IMG/VR virus record: IMGVR_UViG_3300045988_107835
Location: 21,458 to 85,457 of that record
DNA: 64,000 nt
Source of the DNA: a virus
Reading direction: 5' to 3' (one strand)
Both the position numbers and the translations under genes were made by a program. Each line of letters starts with the position of its first letter. Positions within the stretch are counted from its first letter, which is position 1. The notes beneath the pieces were generated by a model. It was not told the DNA's origin, ran no database searches, and saw only the letters and a list, made by a program, of their open reading frames with translations. Below are positions 48,447 to 59,047 of the stretch, piece by piece.

Positions 48447-49580
48447 TTAATACAATGACTGTTCTCCCTTTGCCTCTTGTTCTTGATCTTGATTGTTCGT
48501 AACGTCTTCCACAGTATAGAGCTTGGGCGGCGTCGGCGGCTGGTTGGGATTCACGAACTTCGTCCCTCCCTCCCCGTACATCCATCCATGCCCCGGCAGA
48601 ATCTCTGGGTGGATTGTGTTAGTAAGCTCTTCCATGCTAACCTGCCTTACTTTCAGTATATGATGAAACACCAGTCCGGCTGTCCTGAATGATGTTTTGT
48701 TTTCAGTTTTAAACCTATCAAGAGTCTGATACCAATCTTTCCCAAATATCATATACTTATCCAGCCCGTACCGACGAGGATTATGCAAACCTATCATTAA
48801 CGTACATAACTGACCCAGTGTATCAGATTGGTAAAAATCAGAAAGACGAGGAGGCTGCTCTTGTGGACTTTTTATCCTTCCTTCTATCTCTCTGTTGAAT
48901 TGGGATATGATGAGGAAAAATATGTTTTTATATACTAATTTAGCCTCATTCATAACCGCCACCAAATCATCTATAGCCGACTTAGGATCTAATCCCATTC
49001 TTTTTATTAAAGCAATATGATCGACTTTAAATATTATAAGACGTTTGTTTTTGTGCTTGTTAGCTATATGATACACAGCCGCCTCAAACTCTTTTACCGT
49101 ACACGGAGCATCGATGTATATTATATTATTTCTGATTTCACCTTGAAGGATTTCAAACATCCTCATCTCTTCTACTGTATTAGAATCTTGCCTTCTTAAT
49201 ATTTCAGGAGCTCGCTTTTTCATATCTTGGCTCATTCTGCGAAGAAGAAGATCCTGAGGATTCATTTCGAACTCGCAATTGACAAGAAAATAATCTTCTG
49301 CTTGCGGGTTGATCATCGGATTCATCACATTTTCCAATATCTTTTGGGCCACATACGATTTACCTACAGATGGCCGGGCTCCTATAGCAATAGCATGCTG
49401 AGGAAAAATACCTCCAAGCAAAGCCTCATCAATATAATCGTATCCGGTTTTAGCGGGGATAAGCTCTCCCCGCCTGTATTTTAAGATATTCTCATACGCC
49501 TCTTCCATAACCTGTTTAGAGGTCTTGAATATCCTTCTTATATCTATCCTATTTGCTATCTCCTCTTGCATTTTTGTCAC
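48447..49580 (-). CDS. DnaB-like replicative helicase (RecA-fold C-terminal domain)
   Basis: Walker A GARPSVGKS, Walker B-like IIFKVDHIAL; DnaB family layout. Confidence 0.7.
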   Translation of the reverse strand: MTKMQEEIANRIDIRRIFKTSKQVMEEAYENILKYRRGELIPAKTGYDYIDEALLGGIFPQHAIAIGARPSVGKSYVAQKILENVMNPMINPQAEDYFLVNCEFEMNPQDLLLRRMSQDMKKRAPEILRRQDSNTVEEMRMFEILQGEIRNNIIYIDAPCTVKEFEAAVYHIANKHKNKRLIIFKVDHIALIKRMGLDPKSAIDDLVAVMNEAKLVYKNIFFLIISQFNREIEGRIKSPQEQPPRLSDFYQSDTLGQLCTLMIGLHNPRRYGLDKYMIFGKDWYQTLDRFKTENKTSFRTAGLVFHHILKVRQVSMEELTNTIHPEILPGHGWMYGEGGTKFVNPNQPPTPPKLYTVEDVTNNQDQEQEAKGEQSLY

Positions 49581-49827
49581 CTTTTGTATCCGATTTGGAC
49601 CCCCTATTAGCTTTTACTGATTTATACCTAAGACCGTTCTTGGTATGAGAACAATCCTTGCCTTTCCTCCAGCCCTTGCCCTTCTTCTTGTCCGTTTCGT
49701 AGTTTTTACGACCAAGCTCCCGGCGTTTGGCTTTCTGTTCCGGTCTGGCATTTATCTCCTTGTCCTTTTTAGCCTTTTCCTTCCTGGCTTCGGGATGAGT
49801 CCTGTAGTACTCTGTTGATCTGCCCAT
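49549..49827 (-). CDS. highly basic Lys/Arg-rich protein (DNA-binding/histone-like)
   Basis: 92 aa, more than 35% K+R. Confidence 0.4.
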   Translation of the reverse strand: MGRSTEYYRTHPEARKEKAKKDKEINARPEQKAKRRELGRKNYETDKKKGKGWRKGKDCSHTKNGLRYKSVKANRGSKSDTKGDKNARGDSK

Positions 49828-49878
49828 GTGCTTATATTTTTTTGATTAATAATAGCACAAAGATAGGCAATTCGCGCC

Positions 49879-50445
49879 CTATTTCAACCTGCCGTAGCTC
49901 ATATCAGGATCACACCAGACATATCCGTCTTTCTCATCATGAAGATACTCAGGACATCCTCTGCATGCGCTACTTCCTGACACTATTTGATTGTTCTTAT
50001 TAGGGCACTTATCTCCAGGCTTATGCCATTCTATTCTCGAACCTGATCGCTCTTTGTTCACATGACAGAACCGAAAGACTTTTCCCATCGTCTTCTCGCC
50101 GAACATACCTATATGTGTGTACTCTTCCGATATAGCGAGAAATTCAGATAAATCCTTATACATCCTTTCCCGTTCCTCCGGCGTAGACCATAGTCTGTCA
50201 AGTTCGGCATGGACTCTTATCTTAAGAGACCTTAGTGATGGCCCCGCAAGCCGGCCTTTAGCTTTTCCCTTATTCGGCCCTGATTCATGAACACCGACAT
50301 AAGCATTGCATGGTTTACACATCATAACCATCCCTAAGCCTTTTCTGCTATATATTTTATCGGCATTGACCAACTCGGTTTCTCTTCCACAATAAGGACA
50401 AATTTCGCCTCTTAAAACCCGTTGTTGGCGCTCATTAAGTTCCAT
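49879..50445 (-). CDS. Cys-rich zinc-finger protein
   Basis: CPYCG...CKPCNAY...CRGCPEY. Confidence 0.5.
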   Translation of the reverse strand: MELNERQQRVLRGEICPYCGRETELVNADKIYSRKGLGMVMMCKPCNAYVGVHESGPNKGKAKGRLAGPSLRSLKIRVHAELDRLWSTPEERERMYKDLSEFLAISEEYTHIGMFGEKTMGKVFRFCHVNKERSGSRIEWHKPGDKCPNKNNQIVSGSSACRGCPEYLHDEKDGYVWCDPDMSYGRLK

Positions 50446-50687
50446 GCCCTATTCTTTTGTTTTTCTTTAAACTTTTCATACAAACTACTTTCAGTTTCCA
50501 TTTCTGAGATCTCTACCTCTACGTCCTCTCTTTTGAAAATTACTTTCTTGGCTGTCGGATACGCACATTTAGAGATACGAATAGCATTACGAATAGCGTA
50601 AACAAAATACGTTTCTGGTGATGATTCGATCACCACTACCTCATTTAAAGTGTTTTTATAATTTTCCATATTATCTACTTGCTTCAA
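50412..50687 (-). CDS. hypothetical protein
   Basis: 91 aa. Confidence 0.4.
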   Translation of the reverse strand: MKQVDNMENYKNTLNEVVVIESSPETYFVYAIRNAIRISKCAYPTAKKVIFKREDVEVEISEMETESSLYEKFKEKQKNRAWNLMSANNGF

Positions 50688-51021
50688 TTATATAACCCGG
50701 ATGATCTTCACACGCCTCTTTATATTCGATAAGAAACTTAAGAAATGAATCATAAGACCCCCATCCGTTTTCCGGCTCGTATCTCAAAAGACTTTTTCTC
50801 TTGGAGATCATAATACATATACCTTTTGTAAGTACATTCTTCATCTCATTGGTATATATTTCTCTATACAATTCTTCTGGTCTCCAAACATAATCGTACA
50901 GCGTTTCTTTATTTTCTGATACGAATATTCTTTGTGCCATCTTGTTCGTGTTGTGGGTAATGTTTGCAACCCATTCACGATCTTCTTTCTTCTTGTTCTT
51001 AATATAAACGTCCAGGCTCAT
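50671..51021 (-). CDS. hypothetical protein
   Basis: 116 aa. Confidence 0.45.
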   Translation of the reverse strand: MSLDVYIKNKKKEDREWVANITHNTNKMAQRIFVSENKETLYDYVWRPEELYREIYTNEMKNVLTKGICIMISKRKSLLRYEPENGWGSYDSFLKFLIEYKEACEDHPGYIIEASR

Positions 51022-52012
51022 AATATTTTTCTTTTACCTTGTTATTGATTATCAAATCTGCCGCATCATCTCCGTCTCCTATATTTTCAACATTTTGAAG
51101 ATAGTCCGATACTTTTACCCTTGACTTCATCATCATCCCATCTATCTTTTTACTCCATGTCTCAAATGCTTGTCCTTTGTCCGGAAAGGCTACAGTCTTT
51201 CTATCTTTTAAAACATCTATCACTTCCGGCCTTAGATTCTGCAACCCACCGGTAGCCACAAATAACTCATCTGGTTTATTCACAGCGCATATAATAGCCG
51301 TCTTTTCTGATTCCACCAGATTAACCACCTTATCCGGATACTGGCTTAGAAGATGCTCTCCGAACAGGCATTGCCTAAACAAGAAGTCTCTTGCATGTAA
51401 CGAGTGATAAAACATAACATGAGGCCGCTCATTGTCACCGTCTTTTTCCTTCACTCTTTTTACATCAATCTCATTCCCCTGGCTGTCGGTCTTTATATAA
51501 AAGTCCATGATCTTGCCGGTTCTGCATACAAAGTCCTTATCTATCTGCCAGAATATACAACACCCTTTCCATCCCCATAAGTCCATTGTTCCAACATGAT
51601 ACCTTCTAAATACGTCAGATACCCTTTCTTTTCCCCATAGAGACGATAAAAATCTAAATACGGTGTTTCTATCGTCTGGAACTACAGTCCTCTCAAACTC
51701 GCTAAAAGGTATGTAATTTACAACGTCAGGATTTACAGGAGGACGATAAGCTCTTATGCACTTATTTCCCGAAATCCAAAGATCTTTGTCACCTACATCC
51801 TTGCCGGTAGGTCGTTTATCATAACCGCAAGTTCGTTCATGATCGCATCTTCCAAACTCATTGCCAACGACCTGACCGGTCGCCACATCAATATAAGGGG
51901 TAAGGCACCGGCTTTTCCCGCAAGCCGGGCAGGTTAGCTTCAGTCGGCTCCTGCCAGGCCTGCGGTCAAGTTGAAACCGAGGTACGTTTTCGTATTTTCT
52001 AAAATCAAGCAT
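50999..52012 (-). CDS. DnaG-like DNA primase (zinc ribbon plus TOPRIM)
   Basis: CPACG...CDHERTC zinc ribbon; TOPRIM Glu (LVESEKTAII) and DxD (NIGDGDDAADL). Confidence 0.7.
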   Translation of the reverse strand: MLDFRKYENVPRFQLDRRPGRSRLKLTCPACGKSRCLTPYIDVATGQVVGNEFGRCDHERTCGYDKRPTGKDVGDKDLWISGNKCIRAYRPPVNPDVVNYIPFSEFERTVVPDDRNTVFRFLSSLWGKERVSDVFRRYHVGTMDLWGWKGCCIFWQIDKDFVCRTGKIMDFYIKTDSQGNEIDVKRVKEKDGDNERPHVMFYHSLHARDFLFRQCLFGEHLLSQYPDKVVNLVESEKTAIICAVNKPDELFVATGGLQNLRPEVIDVLKDRKTVAFPDKGQAFETWSKKIDGMMMKSRVKVSDYLQNVENIGDGDDAADLIINNKVKEKYYEPGRLY

Positions 52013-52034
52013 CCTTAGCTCCTCTCATTGCTTT

Positions 52035-53351
52035 TTATATCATGAACCTTTTAGATATTTCCTCTGCAATATCATATACAACCGTATGATCCTCTTCATT
52101 GTATGGTTTATTGATATTCAACACCCCTTTTCTCACTTTGAATTTCTTATCTTTTCTAAGGTGATTCAACATACCTTGTTGGAACACACAGTCCGCCTTT
52201 TCAAGCGCTACACTGTCTTCTGTCCATTCTTTCAGCGTATATCCTTTACTGCTCGTGCTTTTTGGAGAAAAGTTCATAATACGTGCATCAATGCCATACC
52301 ATGCTTTAACCATTCTTCTTTCAGCTTCCAATTGGAATGCATATGATTCCCATATTCCTCCCGATTTAAAGTCAAGAATGACCACTTCTTCTTTTTCCAC
52401 TTCTCTTACTTCCTTCTTCGGATCACCTTTTTTGAACTGTCCGGTAGCCCTTTGATACACGGCTCCAAAATAACCTTCTTCTTTGTATTTGAATGTCATT
52501 TTAACCATCGCATCAATAGGTGTTGCTACAAGGTAATCCTCTAAAGAAAGGATTCTTTCTATCATCATCGGTTTCACCTTGTAATCAGAACAGAATTTGG
52601 CAAACTTCATGACCCTGACAATCATATCGTCAAGATCATCTATGCTATTAAAGAACCGATCAAGATTTTTCTTAGATATCTTCAGCTTGCCTTCTTGCAC
52701 TGTCTTAACCACAAAGCTTCGATTTAAGACCATATCTCTACCTGTTAGGTACAATCCGTATAAGTAGTGCATGATCGTTCCCTTATCGGCTTCATACTGC
52801 GCTACCTCTTCTGGATTGCGACCAAGCATCTTTATCTCTTGCTTCCATTCCTGAAGTGCTGTCTTATCATCTACATACCCATCTTTGATTAAAGTTGTTA
52901 CCGAAGCATATATCTTAGCCGTCCCATCATCCATCTTTCTTACATAAAAACGATTATCGTCTAATGTCAATCTTACGAATTTGGGGGTCTCAATCTTCTT
53001 TAACTCATCACAGATATAAAACGGCTCTAATGTTTCCTGATTTTCTGTAAACGGATTCGAATCTTCTTCTCCAGGGTTAGGAGCGGCTTCCCCCGCCTGA
53101 GCTTCCGGTTCCTCCTTCTGGACCGGCTCTGGCTCAGGCGCCGGCTCTTCAACTACTGGAACCTGTCCACCTCTTTCCGCTATGTCTCTGTTCTTTATTA
53201 AAGACATAACCTCCTTCTTCAACTGCTCTGGTGTTTGGTTAGGATCTGACACCGACATCACAACATCGTTCATTCTAAACAACGTATTTCCTTCTCCTTC
53301 TACCATAGGCGCAAACCCTAAATCTGTCAATATTTTTATTTTCTCTTTCAT
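52035..53351 (-). CDS. PD-(D/E)XK family nuclease-like protein with acidic Pro-rich linker (possible recombination exonuclease)
   Basis: VVILDFKSGG (D-x-K) with upstream IDAMVK; N-terminal domain then the EEPAPEPEP linker. Confidence 0.45.
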   Translation of the reverse strand: MKEKIKILTDLGFAPMVEGEGNTLFRMNDVVMSVSDPNQTPEQLKKEVMSLIKNRDIAERGGQVPVVEEPAPEPEPVQKEEPEAQAGEAAPNPGEEDSNPFTENQETLEPFYICDELKKIETPKFVRLTLDDNRFYVRKMDDGTAKIYASVTTLIKDGYVDDKTALQEWKQEIKMLGRNPEEVAQYEADKGTIMHYLYGLYLTGRDMVLNRSFVVKTVQEGKLKISKKNLDRFFNSIDDLDDMIVRVMKFAKFCSDYKVKPMMIERILSLEDYLVATPIDAMVKMTFKYKEEGYFGAVYQRATGQFKKGDPKKEVREVEKEEVVILDFKSGGIWESYAFQLEAERRMVKAWYGIDARIMNFSPKSTSSKGYTLKEWTEDSVALEKADCVFQQGMLNHLRKDKKFKVRKGVLNINKPYNEEDHTVVYDIAEEISKRFMI

Positions 53352-53509
53352 GATCTTCCTCTAATCAATTCTTCTTTAATACAATGTAACACTGTTTCCA
53401 CTTCATCTTTATCTCTATCTTTCACTGCGATAGCTATATCCTTGCCATAACTCTCTCTCTTCGTATGTGAGCATAAAAGATAGTTTCATCGTCAGCTTCT
53501 ATTCTTATT

Positions 53510-54025
53510 TTATAAAGTTTTCTCATATCTGTCAATTATTTCAATAATTAATCTACCTCTTTCTTTAATCATTCCCCTGCTTTCCATATCCAGTACCTTC
53601 TTTACCGCATACTTCCACACAAAAGGAAATTCTGTTTCAAGTTTATCAAATTCCATCCGGTCAAGATACATGTCGAATACCGTATGCTCCGATTCATGAA
53701 GGAAAACTATATTATCCCTGCAAGTAGCAACCGACTTATATATCCTTTTCGGAAGTATGTGACATACGTTACATACCGTAGGAAAATGAATAGCCTTACC
53801 GGTCATAGACATTCGAATAGTACTCAACTCCTCCAACATAAGACGAAAAAACCCGGATAAATCCGGGTTCTCTAACTTTTTCTTCTTGCTGCTGTTTTTA
53901 ATGGATGTAATTCTGTCTTTTTTCTTCGGAGTCAATTCTTTGCTCCTGCAAGCCTGGCATAAGCCATGACTTCTTATCATTACTTTTCGTCCGCATTTTT
54001 CGCAGACGTACAATTTCTTTTCCAC
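53510..54025 (-). CDS. zinc-ribbon protein, possibly HNH-like
   Basis: GTG start; CEKCG...CQACRS and CNVCH clusters. Confidence 0.35.
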   Translation of the reverse strand: MEKKLYVCEKCGRKVMIRSHGLCQACRSKELTPKKKDRITSIKNSSKKKKLENPDLSGFFRLMLEELSTIRMSMTGKAIHFPTVCNVCHILPKRIYKSVATCRDNIVFLHESEHTVFDMYLDRMEFDKLETEFPFVWKYAVKKVLDMESRGMIKERGRLIIEIIDRYEKTL

Positions 54026-54223
54026 TTTTTATATTTCGATACAAGCGATATGTATTTAGATATAAGCGATATACTTGAAAAAGATAACGCCGTTAAAGAC
54101 AGCGTATATGGTAAGTTCATTAACCATCTTGGCACTTCTTCTGTCTTAATCACTATCAGTAAAGTAACACCTGCCACTACCAATAATACAATTGCTGTCG
54201 CAAGTGCTACACGGGAAACAACA

Positions 54224-54694
54224 TCACTCATCAGTTTTCTTTTCTCCCATTTTTTCTACGCCTTTTTGCAGATCGTATTTAAACACTTCAATGATTTTCG
54301 TTTCCACAATAGACTCGCAATTCCAGTCTCCTAACGTACCCTGCATACCTTTAGTCAACACAGCTTCGGCGTCTTTAGGATTGCCGGCCTGGATATACAT
54401 ATAGCATGGCGTTTTCTTTTCTTTACCTTTCTTTTCATCCAGTGTAATGTAATTCACCTTGCACTTATACCAGTACTCAGCTTCTCCGTTGAAAAAGATT
54501 TCTGACACTTTAATAGGGTTAATTTTTACAACCTCGAAAGAATTGTACAAATCCTTAAAGATCTCCAACGATCTTGATTCTGCCTCTGTATAAGACAAGG
54601 CATCCACCAAATACTTTTCAGTTACTTTCTTTTTTTTGCCGTTCTCGATATTATCAATCTCGGCTTTTACCGTAATTTCAAACCAGCGATTCAT
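54224..54694 (-). CDS. hypothetical protein
   Basis: 156 aa. Confidence 0.5.
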   Translation of the reverse strand: MNRWFEITVKAEIDNIENGKKKKVTEKYLVDALSYTEAESRSLEIFKDLYNSFEVVKINPIKVSEIFFNGEAEYWYKCKVNYITLDEKKGKEKKTPCYMYIQAGNPKDAEAVLTKGMQGTLGDWNCESIVETKIIEVFKYDLQKGVEKMGEKKTDE

Positions 54695-54705
54695 TGTATT
54701 AATAT

Positions 54706-54960
54706 TTAATTAGTTGATTTCTTTCCTTTCTCTATACTATTTTTAAATCTTTCAGAACACCACTGCAAAACATCCATCATCATCATCTCATTATTAGATA
54801 AGATGCCTTTTATAATTAACGCCAATTGATGCTGTGACATTCTTAGGCTCATATCAAATCTTCTTTCCTCTTCATTTACTATCGTGGCTACGAAATACTT
54901 ACACCCCTCTAAGTGCGTCAGGGCTTCAATCATAGCTTCTTTTATCTCTTTTTCTTCCAT
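54706..54960 (-). CDS. hypothetical protein
   Basis: 84 aa. Confidence 0.45.
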   Translation of the reverse strand: MEEKEIKEAMIEALTHLEGCKYFVATIVNEEERRFDMSLRMSQHQLALIIKGILSNNEMMMMDVLQWCSERFKNSIEKGKKSTN

Positions 54961-55032
54961 TATGTTTGTTTTTTGGGCAAAGATATGTCTTTTGATAATA
55001 AAAAAGATTCAAAATGATTTAATTTAGCTTAA

Positions 55033-55701
55033 TTACTGCTCTTTTGATTCGTCCGGTATAGGCATGTCAAACTTTTTTCTGATAAACGACTCTGTTTCTT
55101 CATTGAATGGATAGGCTTCCTTAATAAAATTCATAGCTACCTCCATATCACCGTCTGCTATATCTTTATACCTTTCAAAGATACCAACCAGGTCATTGTT
55201 ATATGAACGCTCTTGTTTTATGTTGTACACGTATTTCAACACCCTGTCTTTAATTTCATTGGCTTTTTTCACAGTATCATTGAAGGAATTTATACTTTCC
55301 AATTCTGGATCTTTGCTTTCCTTGTTTACCTTATCAAACTCTTCCTTGCTATACCCCGCTTCCCCTTTAACAGCCGGGCAAACACTTTCCCCTATGATCC
55401 AAAACTGTTCATACGATCCTATCAGAAACTTTGATTCCATTTTAAATGCATTATATTTAACAAGCAAATTAGCCACCTCAGTTGCACCTTCTATGGTTCT
55501 AAAACCGATGCCGACATCTTTTAACATAAATACCGGAACTCCAGTTCTTGGATACACGACTTCTTTTTTGTTCTTTATATTCCAGTTTTTAGCTTCAATT
55601 GGAATACCTTTACCAGCAAGCTCTTTGTCTACATACAGATATATCTCTTTGCATGTCAATGACACAATCTCATCTCTGCTTAAATCAAAAACTGTTTTCA
55701 T
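55033..55701 (-). CDS. hypothetical protein
   Basis: 222 aa. Confidence 0.5.
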   Translation of the reverse strand: MKTVFDLSRDEIVSLTCKEIYLYVDKELAGKGIPIEAKNWNIKNKKEVVYPRTGVPVFMLKDVGIGFRTIEGATEVANLLVKYNAFKMESKFLIGSYEQFWIIGESVCPAVKGEAGYSKEEFDKVNKESKDPELESINSFNDTVKKANEIKDRVLKYVYNIKQERSYNNDLVGIFERYKDIADGDMEVAMNFIKEAYPFNEETESFIRKKFDMPIPDESKEQ

Positions 55702-55901
55702 TTTTTTTTATTCATTAAATTAAACAACTTACTTCTTTGTTTAGGCTCCGTATATTCCACCCATATATCGGCTGCCACATTTCTCAGAAATTCCATAAAG
55801 TCTTGATGATCCCTGTATTCAACAGAATCAACTTTTCTCACAAAACTTAGAATTTCCTTTAGCATTTTATTGTTTTCTTCAAGAAACCCTCTGTCGGTCA
55901 T
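55698..55901 (-). CDS. small hypothetical protein
   Basis: 67 aa; stop/start overlap. Confidence 0.4.
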   Translation of the reverse strand: MTDRGFLEENNKMLKEILSFVRKVDSVEYRDHQDFMEFLRNVAADIWVEYTEPKQRSKLFNLMNKKK

Positions 55902-56050
55902 GATCTCGTGAAAATATATTATTCAACATGTAATAGGCAGTAAATTTTCGATGTAGGCCCATCTTACGATATGGAAAATTCCAACAGCTATTTTCCAATT
56001 AGAGTTATTTGGCCCACAGACAATAGGAGTTCCATCTTGTTTAATAGCAA

Positions 56051-56560
56051 TCAACATTCCACTGTGTTGTGGTGTTTCGCTTGCATCATGCCACGCGCTG
56101 CTGATGCTCCATTCTGCACCTGCCATGAAGTCTTCATAGCAATTGTTACACAATTCAACCAGTGTGTATAAGTTCCTTTTTCTGCATTTTCATCGCCTCC
56201 TGTCCATTCCTTAGAGGGGTTAGGGACAATATTTCCGTTTTTGTCATAGGAAAACACGCAATTCGTTTCCAGTTGATACTTAATAACAGGCACTTCTTCT
56301 ACTATTTTATAACTCAAACATCTCTTCAGAACTTCCCTGATTTGACTTTCCAAATCAGAAAGTGCTATACCATTGAAATATCCTTCGTTGCCTAATCTGT
56401 TTGTAGGTAATTTGATCCCATAAGAATGAATCTTATCCACATCTTCTTTTGACAAGGTAGTGGTAAACACCCCTTCTTTGGTGACATTCACTTTAGCAGT
56501 TACAGACAAACTGTTATTAGCGTTCTTTTCCGTTATATTTAGTGTTGTTAATGCTGCCAT
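56051..56560 (-). CDS. hypothetical protein
   Basis: 169 aa. Confidence 0.5.
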   Translation of the reverse strand: MAALTTLNITEKNANNSLSVTAKVNVTKEGVFTTTLSKEDVDKIHSYGIKLPTNRLGNEGYFNGIALSDLESQIREVLKRCLSYKIVEEVPVIKYQLETNCVFSYDKNGNIVPNPSKEWTGGDENAEKGTYTHWLNCVTIAMKTSWQVQNGASAARGMMQAKHHNTVEC

Positions 56561-56578
56561 AATCAGATCTTTTTAAAA

Positions 56579-56830
56579 TCAATTCGAATAAATATAATAC
56601 ATTCCTGCTTCATATACCTTATGTACATCAGGGTCATTCTTGTCTTCCGGTTCCAATTCACTCTCTTCACAAGTATAATCCCATTCAGAGTTGTAGTACA
56701 TATCCTCGTCTGTTTTCTCCAAGGAACAATCTTTCATTAGATTCATATTTTCTCCCCATACTGCAACTTCTTGTCGTTGCTCTTCTTCCGTCATAAGGGA
56801 TATTTTGTCTTTTAATTCTTTCCAGGTCAT
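56579..56830 (-). CDS. small acidic protein
   Basis: 83 aa. Confidence 0.4.
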   Translation of the reverse strand: MTWKELKDKISLMTEEEQRQEVAVWGENMNLMKDCSLEKTDEDMYYNSEWDYTCEESELEPEDKNDPDVHKVYEAGMYYIYSN

Positions 56831-56854
56831 GATTTTTAAAAGATGATTAATAGT

Positions 56855-57238
56855 TTATTCTACATCAAAAAGCTGATCTAACACCAACAATTCCGCATTC
56901 ATATCTTCATCTTTCGGGAAACGAACTTTTATATTTCCAAACTTAGATGTCTTAAACAAGATGTAGGGGTTCATATCTTCGGCAGTCACCGGCTTATATT
57001 CCTTAGCTTCCGACATCTTGAGATACCAGTCACCTATTTTTACAAACCCAGAAAAGATAGAACACAGATGCGCTTTTACAGACTGTATCTCCTTTTTATC
57101 TTTGAAAGGTATAATTTCGTCCTTTCCCCTTATCCTGATTGGCAAGAAAGGACGAATGTTATCTGTTTCATTTTGAAATTTGAAGCCTGTTATGGCTTGC
57201 TTGGGGATTCCTCTTCCCATTAATATAAAATAGCTCAT
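56855..57238 (-). CDS. hypothetical protein
   Basis: 127 aa. Confidence 0.45.
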   Translation of the reverse strand: MSYFILMGRGIPKQAITGFKFQNETDNIRPFLPIRIRGKDEIIPFKDKKEIQSVKAHLCSIFSGFVKIGDWYLKMSEAKEYKPVTAEDMNPYILFKTSKFGNIKVRFPKDEDMNAELLVLDQLFDVE

Positions 57239-57278
57239 TGTGATAAGTTTATAAAAAAATGGTATATAATTACTTCAA

Positions 57279-58076
57279 TTAATTAGATGCAAATATGCTA
57301 ATTTTGTTTAGATATCCTTCTGTCATCTCTATGAAATTCACACAATCTAATTTGCTTAACTTGTAAATCAATGCCGGATTGTGTACTATGGCTATAATTT
57401 GCGTTTGTGGTTTATGGAATGACAATACATTATAAATTTGCATTATATTGTCGATGTCAAGATTTCTGTCTGGCTCATCCATGAGAACCGTGTATTCAAA
57501 ACTGCTTTCTGTTAATGTTATGCGGTTTCTTCCATAATACTTCAACAGGTTATCAATTCTTTTAATCCAAAACGCATTTGATTTTTTCTTGTATTCTACA
57601 AGATCTTGTATTGGAAATGTATAATCCTTTTGACCGAACATTAAATTGAAAAGTGATTCCAATGATAACACCATTTTCTCTCCATAAGATCTTCGAATAT
57701 TATTCACATACAAATCTAAATTGCTGATGTTTTTCAATACACTATCTCGATTCATCTCCGCCGACGGTAATAAACGGAATACTTTCCCTGCATAATCGGA
57801 TGATATGTCAATCCCATCAAGAACCTTGTCATCATCATCAAATATAGGTGGAAAATCCAGTGCCTCGATCGGCATTTCGGAACACATGGACTTCTCACAT
57901 AACATATACATTGATATGATGTTAAGCAAGGTCGATTTTCCGCTACCGTTTTTCCCTATAATCACATTCACTCCTGGCTTGAAAATAAATTCTCTGCCAT
58001 TTTCAAATGCTTCTATACCCGAAACATATTCAAAAGGAGTTTTTGCATTGTCTTTTATTTTTACCGATGTTATCAT
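57279..58076 (-). CDS. standalone ABC-type (AAA_21-like) ATPase
   Basis: Walker A GKNGSGKST, signature-like SYGEKM, Walker B VLMDEPDRNLD, H-loop IVHN; only 265 aa, with no TM or nuclease domain. Confidence 0.65.
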   Translation of the reverse strand: MITSVKIKDNAKTPFEYVSGIEAFENGREFIFKPGVNVIIGKNGSGKSTLLNIISMYMLCEKSMCSEMPIEALDFPPIFDDDDKVLDGIDISSDYAGKVFRLLPSAEMNRDSVLKNISNLDLYVNNIRRSYGEKMVLSLESLFNLMFGQKDYTFPIQDLVEYKKKSNAFWIKRIDNLLKYYGRNRITLTESSFEYTVLMDEPDRNLDIDNIMQIYNVLSFHKPQTQIIAIVHNPALIYKLSKLDCVNFIEMTEGYLNKISIFASN

Positions 58077-58257
58077 TGTAATTCTTTTTAAAAATCAATT
58101 ACCGTCCGAACCCTGTCACTGTTGTACTTGTTGCCGGTGCCCGTGAGGCCACTGGAGAAGACCACGTACCACGCGACGACCTGCTATTTCCCCTATGTTT
58201 ATTTTTTTCGCCGTTTCTAAATCAAACGGAATTGTTGCTGTTCTCTGTTCCATGATC

Positions 58258-59001
58258 TTATTTGCTTTTATTAGTTCCTAAAAGATGCTCATTTCCTTGG
58301 TATGGAATACACTCTTTGTATCTCAAACCTCCCAAGCATTCATATTTGTATTCTTCTTCTCTTACTCTGGCAAATAAGTGTAGGTTCCAATTTTCCAAAT
58401 TGCTTGCTCTCACCAAGACTTGATCGAATGGCTTAAAATCGCATTTCTTTTCTTTAGTCAGCAAGTATTCGTACTCACTTAGATATTGTTTTATTATTCC
58501 TGCTTTTTTAAGGTTTTCTGTATTAGCAATTCTTTCAGCAAAAGATTTTTTCTCTTCCTCTGTGGCTAATCTAACATACTTGGATTTATCCTCACCACAC
58601 ACACTTGTCCATATTGGAGCTTCTTCAGATGTAATCTCGCCATATGCCGATATACCATATATGCATCCCATATCTCCTTTTCTATTAATAATACCATTAT
58701 ATATAAATGGGTTCCCAAGCGTGCTTATTAATACATCTCCTTTCTTAAAATACGCTCCAGCCTCTACTTCCAATTCCAGAACGTTGTTGAAAAGAGTACG
58801 ACCTTCTGTATCGGCATATATAGCACTTATCCCAGATTCATCTTTTTTTACAAAAAGTAAATTATAACGATCTGCACAGTCTTTTGACTCATATACAAAT
58901 TCTATTTTAATATTACCAATTAATACTGAACCTTCTATTTCTCCGCTTTTAATTTTTCTCGCCGTATTTAAATCAAACGGAACAATAATTGGATTTTCCA
59001 T
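58258..59001 (-). CDS. hypothetical protein
   Basis: 247 aa. Confidence 0.5.
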   Translation of the reverse strand: MENPIIVPFDLNTARKIKSGEIEGSVLIGNIKIEFVYESKDCADRYNLLFVKKDESGISAIYADTEGRTLFNNVLELEVEAGAYFKKGDVLISTLGNPFIYNGIINRKGDMGCIYGISAYGEITSEEAPIWTSVCGEDKSKYVRLATEEEKKSFAERIANTENLKKAGIIKQYLSEYEYLLTKEKKCDFKPFDQVLVRASNLENWNLHLFARVREEEYKYECLGGLRYKECIPYQGNEHLLGTNKSK

Positions 59002-59047
59002 ATCTTTTTATTTTTAATTATGTAATCAATAAAACAAGATGGGTTAC

